From assembly GCF_000372725.1 (NCBI RefSeq), contig NW_005201191.1:293882-327997 (forward strand): 34,116 bases of DNA, given 5' to 3'. Of this stretch, positions 1 through 10,200 are shown one piece after another. Position 1 is the stretch's first letter. Each line of letters starts with the position of its first letter. The DNA is from Emiliania huxleyi CCMP1516. Its lineage: Eukaryota. The notes under the pieces were generated by a model, which was not told the DNA's origin, searched no databases, and worked only from the letters and a program-made list of their open reading frames with translations. The position numbers were made by a program, and so were the translations under genes.

Positions 1-1551
1 CTCGAGCTCGCCTACAGGGAGGTTCCAGGAAAGGTCCAGGAGAGGTCCAGGAGAGGTTGGCGAAGCGGAACTCGAGCTCGCCTACAGGGAGGTTCCAGGA
101 AAGGTCCAGGAAAGGTCCAGGAGAGGTTGGCGAAGCGGAACTCGAGCTCGCCTACAGGGAGGTTCCAGGAAAGGTCCAGGAAAGGTCCAGGAGAGGTTGG
201 CGAAGCGGAACTCGAGCTCGCCTACAGGGAGGTTCCAGGAAAGGTCCAGGAGAGGTCCAGGAGAGGTTGGCGAAGCGGAACTCGAGCTCGCCTACAGGGA
301 GGTTCCAGGAAAGGTCCAGGAGAGGTCCAGGAGAGGTTGGCGAAGCGGAACTCGAGCTCGCCTACAGGGAGGTTCCAGGAAAGGTCCAGGAGAGGTCCAG
401 GAGAGGTTGGCGAAGCGGAACTCGAGCTCGCCTACAGGGAGGTTCCAGGAAAGGTCCAGGAGAGGTCCCGGAGAGGTTGGCGAAGCGGAACTCGAGCTCG
501 CCTACAGGGAGGTTCCAGGAAAGGTCCAGGAGAGGTCCCGGAGAGGTTGGCGAAGCGGAACTCGAGCTCGCCTACAGGGAGGTTCCAGGAAAGGTCCAGG
601 AGAGGTCCAGGAGAGGTTGGCGAAGCGGAACTCGAGCTCGCCTACAGGGAGGTTCCAGGAAAGGTCCAGGAGAGGTCCCGGAGAGGTTGGCGAAGCGGAA
701 CTCGAGCTCGCCTACAGGGAGGTTCCAGGAAAGGTCCAGGAGAGGTCCCGGAGAGGTTGGCGAAGCGGAACTCGAGCTCGCCTACAGGGAGGTTCCAGGA
801 AAGGTCCAGGAGAGGTCCAGGAGAGGTTGGCGAAGCGGAACTCGAGCTCGCCTACAGGGAGGTTCCAGGAAAGGTCCAGGAGAGGTCCCGGAGAGGTTGG
901 CGAAGCGGAACTCGAGCTCGCCTACAGGGAGGTTCCAGGAAAGGTCCAGGAGAGGTCCCGGAGAGGTTGGCGAAGCGGAACTCGAGCTCGCCTACAGGGA
1001 GGTTCCAGGAAAGGTCCAGGAGAGGTCCCGGAGAGGTTGGCGAAGCGGAACTCGAGCTCGCCTACAGGGAGGTTCCAGGAAAGGTCCAGGAGAGGTCCAG
1101 GAGAGGTTGGCGAAGCGGAACTCGAGCTCGCCTACAGGGAGGTTCCAGGAAAGGTCCAGGAGAGGTCCCGGAGAGGTTGGCGAAGCGGAACTCGAGCTCG
1201 CCTACAGGGAGGTTCCAGGAAAGGTCCAGGAGAGGTCCCGGAGAGGTTGGCGAAGCGGAACTCGAGCTCGCCTACAGGGAGGTTCCAGGAAAGGTCCAGG
1301 AAAGGTCCAGGAGAGGTTGGCGAAGCGGAACTCGAGCTCGCCTACAGGGAGGTTCCAGGAAAGGTCCAGGAGAGGTCCAGGAGAGGTTGGCGAAGCGGAA
1401 CTCGAGCTCGCCTACAGGGAGGTTCCAGGAAAGGTCCAGGAGAGGTCCCGGAGAGGTTGGCGAAGCGGAACTCGAGCTCGCCTACAGGGAGGTTCCAGGA
1501 AAGGTCCAGGAGAGGTCCCGGAGAGGTTGGCGAAGCGGTACTCGAGCTCGC
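1..1551. repeat. 70-bp tandem array (~22 copies), intronic; each unit carries a 3' splice site plus a copy of the next exon start
   Basis: The unit CTCGAGCTCGCCTACAGGGAGGTTCCAGGAAAGGTCCAGGAGAGGTCC(A/C)GGAGAGGTTGGCGAAGCGGAA recurs every 70 nt. The minus strand reads ...CCCTGTAG|GCGAGCTCGAGTTCCGCTTCGCC in each unit. Confidence 0.97.
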
Positions 1552-3925
1552 AATGCGCGTCCGGCGTGTCGAGCTCGAGCTCGACGACGGCGGCGGCGCC
1601 TATTCACAGCATACGGTGTGAAGAGACGCTGTTCACAGCTCGACGGCCAGCTCGACGACCGCGGCGGCGCCGGGCCGCTCGTGCGGCGGCGGGCCGAGGC
1701 AGGCGGCGGCGGAGCCCGAGAGGAGGAAGGGCGGGCGGGAGCCAACCTGCAGGCTCGTCAGCGCGATCGAGGAGAGCGTGCGTGGCAGCGGTAGCGTCGC
1801 GAGCGAGCGCTCGATCGACGCGGTCAGCGTCTCGTGGAGGTACGGACCTACCAGAAAGGTCCAGGAAAGGTCCAGGAAAGGTCCAGGAAGGGTCCAGGAA
1901 AGCGTCTCGTGGAGGTACGGACCCCACGTCGCCGTCCAGCCCGCCGCCAGCAGCACATTCAGCCAGCCGAGGCTCTCGGCCGGCGCGCCGGGCCGCAGCT
2001 GCAGGCTCGCCATCGCTCGCGTCTCTGCAATCTGGAGGAGCTCTCGCCTGCCAGAAGGTTCCAGGAGAGGTTCCAGGAGCGGTCCAGGAGAGGTCCAGGA
2101 AATGTCTCTGCACTCTGGAGGAGCTCTCGCCTGCCAGAAGGTTCCAGGAGCGGTCCAGGAGAGGTCCAGGAAAGGTCTCTGCACTCTGGAGGAGCTCTCG
2201 CCTGTGGGCGAGCTCGACGGCGCGCAAGTACGCGAGGCACGCGGCGCCTGCTCACAGCAGGCGGTGTGAAGAGACGCTGTTCACAGCTCGACGGCGCGCA
2301 AGTACGCGAGGCACGCGGCGCCTGCTCACAGCAGGCGGTGTGAAGAGACGCTGTTCACAGCTCGACGGCGCGCAAGTACGCGAGGCACGCGGCGCCTGCT
2401 TACAGCAGGCGGTGTGAAGAGACGCTGTTCACAGCTCGACGGCGCGCAAGTACGCGAGGCACGCGGCGCCTGCTCACAGCAGGCGGTGTGAAGAGACGCT
2501 GTTCACAGCTCGACGGCGCGCAAGTACGCGAGGCACGCGGCGCCTGCTCACAGCAGGCGGTGTGAAGAGACGCTGTTCACAGCTCGACGGCGCGCAAGTA
2601 CGCGAGGCACGCGGCGCCTGCTCACAGCAGGCGGTGTGAAGAGACGCTGTTCACAGCTCGACGGCGCGCAAGTACGCGAGGCACGCGGCGCCTGCTCACA
2701 GCAGGCGGTGTGAAGAGACGCTGTTCACAGCTCGACGGCGCGCAAGCACGCGAGGCACGCGGCGCCGCAGAGAGCAGCGCACGCGAGGCCGACCGGGCCT
2801 GCGGTTGCGCAAACCGGCGGCGTGAGCCCGGCCCCACCCGCCACGCTGCCGCGTCTCGCGGCGGGGCGGCGGGGCGGCGGGGCGGCGGTGGTGAGGGTGT
2901 GAGGGACTGACTCACTGGCTGCTGAGACTGCAAGAGGAGAGAGGAGGGAGGAGGAGTGGGAGGAGGAGAGAGGAGGAGGAGGAGTGGGAAGAGGAGAGAG
3001 GAGGGAGGAGGAGTGGGATGAGGAGAGAGGAGGGAGGAGGAGTGGGAAGAGGAGAGAGGAGGGAGGAGGAGTGGAATGGGGCTGCGCCTGCTGCCGCGAG
3101 ACGGGCGCACGCCGCGAGGCAGAGGAGGGCGAGGGCGGCGTGTGGCGTGGAGCGGGGGCCCACCAGCCGCTCCACGCTGCCGCCGCCCTCCGGCATCGCG
3201 CCTCCGCCCGCGGCAGCCGCCGGCTCCCGCCCCGCCGCCGCCGCCGCAGCCCAGCGCGCAGCCTCTGCCCCGGAGGCGTCGCCGGCAGCGGCAGCCGGCG
3301 AGGAGGCGTGCGGGCCTTCGTGCGGTGGCGGCGTGGCGCGCCCGCCCGCCTCGGCGGAGAGCGCGGCCAGGTAGCGCCAGTCGCTCCCGGACGAGTCCTC
3401 GTTGACGTCGAAGCGCACTCGCTTCCGCAGCGCTCCCACCCCCGACTGCACTACGTCCACGGCGTCGGGCATGATGCCGAGCGCCTCGCCGGCGATGCGC
3501 TCCGTCGTGTCGCCCAGCATCGTGAAGCCGTCCCCCGCCGACTTGACCGCGCCCGACACCACCTTCATCGGCCGAGACAGGAGCCGCCGCGTCGCACCGC
3601 CCGCATCGCCGTCGCGCAGCTCGCCCCTGCCGTCACCGACCGCCGCCGCGTCGCCCGCCACGGCGTTGCCGACCGTCTCGATGCCGGAGCCCAGAAAGCG
3701 CACGAAGGAGCCGGCGAGGCGGAAGGTGCCGCCGACTCCTAGGGAGACGATGTCTCCAGCACCCTTGAGCACGCCCCCTGTGCCCTGCAGCCCTCGCTCG
3801 ACGAGCACCCAGCCACCGCTCTCGCGCGGTGCCGCCGGCATCTGCGCGGCGCTCCACTGACCACCGCCGTCAGCGAGCGCTGCTGCTGCCAGCAGAGCCG
3901 GCCAAAGCTTGCGAGCTGCCATCAT
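1..3925 (-). CDS. SMP-domain (synaptotagmin-like/tricalbin-type) lipid-transfer membrane protein, 3'-partial; exons 3925-3088, 2798-2766, 2247-2202, 2047-1923, 1847-1671, 1599-1552, continuing at or beyond position 11
   Basis: Hand-spliced at GC/GT-AG sites with all phases consistent. The product has a signal-like N-terminus (MMAARKLWPALLAAAALA), a hydrophobic hairpin (AALALLCLAACARLAAAGPVGLACAALCGAACLAYL) and then AESLGWLNVLLAAGWTATWGPYLHETLTASIERSLATLPLPRTLSSIALTSLQVGSRPPFLL. This matches the SMP-domain pattern E-x-x-x-W-L-N...W...P...i.l..l.lG..PP. Confidence 0.75.
2211..2765. repeat. 74-bp tandem array (7 full copies plus a partial); forms intron 2765-2248 of the SMP gene
   Basis: AGCTCGACGG starts at 2211, 2285, 2359 and so on. 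The inferred intron length is 518 = 7 x 74. Confidence 0.95.
2931..3075. repeat. GA-rich low-complexity repeat inside intron 1 of the SMP gene
   Basis: GAGGAGAGAGGAGGGAGGAGGAGTGG-type units repeated about 5 times. Confidence 0.85.
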
Positions 3926-4231
3926 CTTGCCTGCCGTCCACCGCCAGGAGCGCGGAAAAAAGAATTTTTCCGTACAAAACAAGAACCGAAACGAACAAGG
4001 AAAAGAAATCGTGGGGCGGGGGGGGGGGCTGTGACCTCAAAGGGTGTGTGTGTGTGGCAAACAAGAAAGAATTTTGGGTGCCCCCCCGGCAAGAATGTGG
4101 CACACCACAAAGAATTCTCCCCGGAAAAGAAATTGTGCGGCCTCTGTATTTGGTGGCGCCCAGAGGAAAGAAAAGAATTTCAACCCTAAGAATTTAAGAA
4201 ATGAGACACCCCTGGCGGCTCTCTGGCAGGC

Positions 4232-5170
4232 ATGGCTCCAGGCGCTCCGGCCGCCGCAGTCGTCGCCGAGGCTGAGCCGGACGACGTGGCGATGCTCGAC
4301 GGCAACACGATCGAGGTTATGTGGCAGCAGACCCGCAAGCGCGTCATCAAGATGCACAAGCGTGTGGGCACGGTGCGCTACCGGCCAAAGCAGCAGCGAA
4401 ATCGGCCCGATAATGTCTATCTGGTCGAGTTTGAGAGGCGGCGCGGTACGCCCCGCACGGCCAAAGGGCCGCGGCTCCGAAAGACGAGCTGGCCGAAGCT
4501 TCGCGGGCGGAAGTATGTCGTGCTGCGCTCGCCATTGAAGAGGCCTGCGGGTGCGAGGTGGACGCCTGAGGAGATCGAGGCTGTGCGAGTGAGGATCGAG
4601 GCGGGAGAGGTGCATGAGAGCGTCGCGCGGGGCATTGGGCGCTCTCGTGATAGCGTCGCTTCATGTTGGAAGCGCTTCCTGCCGGGCTATGCGCCGCAGT
4701 CGACTAGAGACGGGCCGCGGGTGAAGAGCGGTGTCACTGTTGAGTTGGTCGAGAGCGCGATGCTCACGCTGCCCGAGAACGAAGGCACGACGGTTGAGGT
4801 TTTTGAGGCGGTCAAGCGGCAGGCGGCGATGAAGGGCGTCGCGCTGAACCTCGAGACTGCACCTGGTCAACGTGTGGTGTCGCGCGCGGAGCGAGGCGTC
4901 ACCATCATTCTCACCCATCGAACATACTGCCCTCAATTCTCCGCCACCGGGGAGAAGCGCCTGTCGAACGTGCAGACAGACAGGGGCGCCAAGAGGTCGC
5001 AGAAATCTGCTGTCTACAAGTACTTGCCGCCGGTCGTCACCGCCGAGCGAGAGCCGGGCCTTCCGAGCACGAAGCGCGTCAGGGCTCACACGCCCAACGT
5101 CGGCGGCCCCAAGAAGTCGGCGCGCAAGACGAAGGAGCTTCTGGCTGGCGGCGACCGACGGCACGGATGA
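4232..5170 (+). CDS. Intronless basic nuclear-type protein with a Myb/SANT-like helix-turn-helix (312 aa)
   Basis: ATG-started ORF between AT-richer flanks. RWTPEEIEAVRVRIEAGEVHESVARGIGRSRDSVASCWKR fits the Myb/SANT W-T-x-E-E...A..lGRS..sV..W pattern. The protein has Lys/Arg-rich NLS-like stretches. Confidence 0.7.
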   Translation: MAPGAPAAAVVAEAEPDDVAMLDGNTIEVMWQQTRKRVIKMHKRVGTVRYRPKQQRNRPDNVYLVEFERRRGTPRTAKGPRLRKTSWPKLRGRKYVVLRSPLKRPAGARWTPEEIEAVRVRIEAGEVHESVARGIGRSRDSVASCWKRFLPGYAPQSTRDGPRVKSGVTVELVESAMLTLPENEGTTVEVFEAVKRQAAMKGVALNLETAPGQRVVSRAERGVTIILTHRTYCPQFSATGEKRLSNVQTDRGAKRSQKSAVYKYLPPVVTAEREPGLPSTKRVRAHTPNVGGPKKSARKTKELLAGGDRRHG

Positions 5171-5916
5171 TGGGGTGGCGGCCTGAACCATTGCCAGCGC
5201 CGCGTTGGCGACGGTGCGTACGTTGTACGTTGAGCAACTGTGTACTGTGTGCGAGACTGTGTCTGTGTACTAGTACCTCCCGTCTAAGACGTAAGAGGCT
5301 AAAAAATTAAAGAATTCTCCGCGACAAGAATTTCCACGTACTCGAGTAGACACTGGGCACGGGACTGGCGCGCACTGGCACTTAACACAAAGAAAATAGA
5401 AATTCTCATCGGGCCGGTTTACGGGCCTAGGGCTAGTTCCATCGACCCAAGAGACCTCTCGCGGGGCGAGAGTACATCTTCGCATGTCGAGGGTCGCGCC
5501 GCCGATGCCTGCCTCGTACCGCGACGGTCCGCGTATGTGTGCATGCCTCCTGACCGCCACGGTCACGGCCGCTGCGCTCCGGACAGGTTCGTTCGACGCG
5601 CTCGACCGTGATCTGGCTCGGCGGCCGCCGCTTTCTTTGAAACAGACCGCGCCGGCCACGCACCCTTGTTCCCGTAGGCCAACTCGAACAGGTTTGCCGC
5701 CTTCCATGCTCGATATGCAGCAGTAGCTTAGTTGACCCTGCTCGAAGGTGCCGCCCTGCTCTAAGCTAAGGCCGCCCTGCTCTCGGCATTGCTTTGTTGA
5801 CTGATAGCACTGTCTGATCCAACCAGAAAGAGCCATCGAAGAGCCGTCGAGCTACATGAGACCCAAGCAAGTCGTCGTGATGTACCAGAAAACGAAACTA
5901 GCGCCAAAATTGAGAT

Positions 5917-6005
5917 AAGGTAGGTAAGGTAAACTTCTCCACACACACGAGGTGGTGGGGCAAGGGGGGGCAACCCTCGCGTCTCCACGTCTAACGACAG
6001 GAGCC
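5917..6005 (-). mobile_element. Short (~89 bp) SINE-like or truncated retroposon with a (TTACC)n tail and a target-site duplication
   Basis: Flanked by AAATTGAGAT at 5907-5916 and 6006-6015. The minus-strand 3' end is GTTTACCTTACCTACCTT. Similar copies occur at 23771-23865 and 29137-29192. Confidence 0.7.
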
Positions 6006-7283
6006 AAATTGAGATCTCAGGATCGACATTAATTTCTCGCGCCTACTTTCGCTGCTTGAGACTCGCCAAATAGATCCTGCGTCTATGACCGTGTGCAACG
6101 TCAAGTCGTGAACCGCGACAAGACCATCGCGCCAAGCGCGACTCTGTTGCTTTATGCGGCAGCATTCACCGTGACTCTTGCCGTGGCTGGTGAGTGACCG
6201 CGGTTGCTTACGCAGTACTACGCCGTGAACTGAGCTTCACCAGCCGTTTCTCTTCCTTCCAAGTTTCCTTCCCTTGCCTTCTCTGAGATTGAGAAATTTG
6301 ACCGTTGACCGTTGCACACACCTCAGCTCTCGAAACTTACAATGTGCCACGCAATGCCCCGCGGCCCGCGTGCGGTGATATGCCATGAATTGTGGGAAGA
6401 GCGAACTCGAACACACGGGTGTCTCGGGTGGGGGGGGGCGGATGGCGCAAACTGTGGCACAGCCCGCGTTACAAAACCTTGATTCGACCATGACGGCGGC
6501 ACACAGCAGGTGGCGCGGTGTGCCGCCGTCTACTCGGCGGGATCGCAGCTGCCTCTGCGCGTCCTGGAGATGTACCAAATCGTCGCCGCCGGAGACGACT
6601 CGACGCCGCTGAGATCGGAGATCAAGCTCTGACAGGTCGCACGTCGCTCCTTTGACGCCGACGTGACTCACCCGTGCAGATCACATCAGGACACGGTCTC
6701 GAAACGCTCGGTACGACGCCTGCGACCCGTCTCGGGTCAGGTGGCACGACGCTCATCGCGCCTGCCAGCGCTGCCGTGCAGGCTGCCACGACGAGGTCGA
6801 GCACGCTTCTATAAGCTCGCCCAGCCTTCCTTTCCATCCCATTAGGCAGCCTGGAAACGGTGGCGGTCAGAGGCAAAGCCTACGAGGGGTGGTGGAACCA
6901 CATGTCACGGCTACCGCGCCGGCTCGACCCCACGATAGCCTCCGGAGGCTGACTTTGAGGCACAATCATCGGACGACGTCGGCGAGTTGAGTCGCGCTCG
7001 CGGTAGCCAGATGACCTCTCATACTAGTAGTATCGGCCATGGCCGCAGGAAGCGCGGGGGATTCCGCTGGGAGCAACACGGAGGACGGAGCGCTCCGTTG
7101 GACGCGTATTTCGTGGCAGGGAAACAGGTGGGTCCTCAGATGCGGGCACGGGCATCATCCAGCCCGGCATGGGCATCATCTAGGCTCTTCTGAGCCGACC
7201 ACGTCCCAATGCGTGCAAATACGCACATAGCACATCAGAGGCACACCTCTCGCGCTGACCCATCATGCGCCGGTGCTCCAGAA

Positions 7284-10200
7284 CTAAGCAGAGCCACCGC
7301 GCCCAGCGCCCCGCCCGCCCCGCCCGCCCCGTCCACGCCCCCCTCTCCCCCCTCGCCTACCGACCGCCGCCGTGGCGCCCACGGGCTGAGCCTGGGGCAC
7401 GGTGCGCGAGGGCGGCTGGTAGACAAACGTCGCCTGCGCCGCCACCAGCCGCCCAATTGCGGCGATGGGCAGCGCCGGCTGGCGGCAGGCCGGGCACTTG
7501 CTGTCGCGCTCCAGCACGCGCGGCGCACATGTTTCGCAGTACAGAGCGTGGCCGCACGCGAAGCGGACCGAGCGCGGCGCGTCGTAGCAGAGGTCGCACA
7601 GGCGCTCCTCGGCCCCAGCCGTCTCCTCCACCTCCCCCGCCGCCTCGACCAGCGCCTCCAGCCGCGGCAGCGCCTCTGCGAGCGGCATCCGCTTCTTCTT
7701 CCGCTCGTATGCCAGCCCGACCACGAGCCGCACCAGCTCCTCGGCCTGCGCCGCCGACCAGCCCGCATCGGCAGCCGCGATGCCCTCCTTCGCGGTGTCG
7801 GGCTCCTCCAATGCATCATCGCACGCGTTGAGCAAGCCGACGGCGCCGCGGCCGGTCAGGCTGACGAGCAGCGTGATGCCGAGCGCGAAGCCGTCAGTGA
7901 GCTGCGAAGCCTGGTTGTCGTGCATGATGATCGAGTCCATGTAGCCGGGCTTGCCAAAGATACGCTGCGTCGACAGGTGCGACACCAGTCCATTGCTGCC
8001 GGCCGTCGCCTCTGCCGCGCGCGCGAGGCCCACGTCGGCGAGGTAGCCGTTGCCGCGCTCGTCGAGCAGGATGTTGCCCGCCGAGACGTCGCGGTGCAGG
8101 ATCATCGGAGAGCGCGTGTGCAAGTAATGCAGCGCGCTCGCGGCGTCGCGCAGCACGCGGAGCCGTGCGGCGGAGGAGAGCGGCGGAGGCGGCGTCTCGA
8201 AGCCGAGCATGCGGAGCCGCTGCAGCGCGGCTGGAGTGCGGTAGAGGCGGTCCTCGAGGCTGCCGCCGCGGCAGAGGGGGTAGACGAGGCACGCTCTCGC
8301 CGGTGCTAGGCAGACGCCCAGGAGAGGGAGGAGGGACGGGTGGCACGCCGCGCTGAGCGTGCGCACCTCGCTCTGCAGCTCGGCGAGGCCTTGGGCGCCG
8401 ACACCGACAAGCGCCGTCTTGACGGCGAACCCGTAAGCGACGCGAGGGAGAGACGGCAGCGCGTCGCAGCGGTAGACCCGCCCAAAACCTCCCTCGCCCA
8501 CCTTTCGCGCCTCGGCAAAGCCGTCGGTCGCCGCGATGAGCTCGTCGAGAGGGACGGCGGCGGGCGGCGCGGCGGCGGCGGCGAGGGCGGCGACACTCGC
8601 CGCAGCCGACGCTGCTGCCGCTGCCGCCGCCGCTGCCACCGCCTCCGCTGCCGCCGCCTCTTGAGCCTCCGCCGCCGCCACGGCCGCCACCGCCGCCTCT
8701 ACAGCCGCCGCCTCCGCCGCCGCCTCCGCCGCCTCGGCCGCCGCTTCCGCCGCCGCCGCTGCCTCCGCCTCCGCCCTCATCCTCGCCTCCTCCCTCTCCC
8801 TTGCCGCCTCCTCCCTCGCCCTCGCCTCTGCCTCCTCCCTTGCGCGCGACGCCGCCTCCGCCTCCTCCGCCGCCCGCGCCTCCGCAGCTGCCTCAGCCGC
8901 CCGCGCCTCGTCCGCCGCCCGCGCCTCCTCCGCCGCCTGCCTCGCCGCCGCCTTCTCCTCCTTCTGCCGCTGCCGCTTCAGCGCCCTCGCCTCACGGGTC
9001 CTTCGCTCCGCCATATCATCGCGCAACTGCCGCGCCGCCCGCAACGCCTCCGAACCGTTGGCGGCGTCGACGTTCGCGTTGATCGCCGCCCTGAGCGCCT
9101 CGAGACCGGCGTCGCCTCGGCCGCACGCCTCAACCGCCTCGCGCAGCGCCGCCTCGGCAGCATCGCGCGCCTCCGCCGCCTCCGCAGCCGCTGCCGCCTC
9201 GCGTGCGGCCTCCGCGGCCTGTTCGGCTGACTCTGCGACCGCCGTCTCCCGCTCTGCCTCTGCTGCGGTCGACGAGTGCTCCTCGAGGGCGCGCACGCAC
9301 TCGGCGTGGCCCATCTCCTTGGCCCATTGAAGCGCCGTCTTGCCATACGCCGCCGTGTCTGCGCCCGCCCGCAGCAAGCGGCGCACGACGGCGGAGTGGC
9401 CGGACATGGAGGCGTACATCAGTGCGGTTAAGCCGACGCTGTCCTGCAGGTCGATCTCCGCGCCGTGCCGCAGCAACAGGTCGACCACCCGCTCGTGGCC
9501 CTGGAGGGCGGCGCACATCAGCGCGGTGCCGCTGTCGCTGCTCTGCAGGTTCACCTCTGCGCCGCGCCGTATCAGCAATTCGACCACACGCTCGTGGCCG
9601 CTGCTGGCGGCGCACATCAGCGCGGTGAGGCCGACGCTGTTCTGCAGGTTGACTTCAGCGCCGTGCCGTATCAGCAAGTCGACCACCCGCTCGTGGCCTT
9701 GGCCGGCGGCGAATATCAGCGCGGTGCCACCGGAGCTGCTCTGCAGGTTGATCTCGGCGCCGCGCTGCAGCAGCAGCTCGACCACCCGCTCGTGGCCGTT
9801 GGTGGCGGCGCCCATCAGCGCGGTGTTGCCGTTGCTGTTCTGCTGGTTGATCTCCGCGCCGCGCCGTATCAGCAACTCGACCACCCGCTCGTGGCCGTGG
9901 TTGGCGGCGCCCATCAGCAGCGTGAGGCCACTCACCTCGATTCCTTCGTACGTCGCGTTGACCCGCCCGCCGGCGTCGAGCCACGCCAGCACCGCCTCCT
10001 CCTCGCCTCGCTCAACCGCTTGCACAACCGCTTCGGAGACTGCCGCGGCACCGCTCGACGCCTGCTCCGCCGCCACCGCTGGAGATGGCGTCTTCGCGAC
10101 TCTGGATCCAGCCGAGCCGCCGGAGGAAGCGCCGCCTGCGCCTGCGCCGCCGGCTGCCGCCGCCGTGGGCCGTCCCGCCACGACCGACTCCTTGACGTGC

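Noticed and set aside
57..2417. Long plus-strand ORFs (786, 555, 474 aa)
   Set aside because: All three frames are open only because the 70-bp unit lacks stops. The real gene is on the minus strand.
1..2765. CRISPR array interpretation of the 70-bp and 74-bp repeats
   Set aside because: Units are contiguous and near-identical with no unique spacers, no cas genes are present, and the context is eukaryotic intron.
5270..7200. Short ORFs and possible decayed coding sequence
   Set aside because: Multiple stops and no motif I could recognise; left unannotated.
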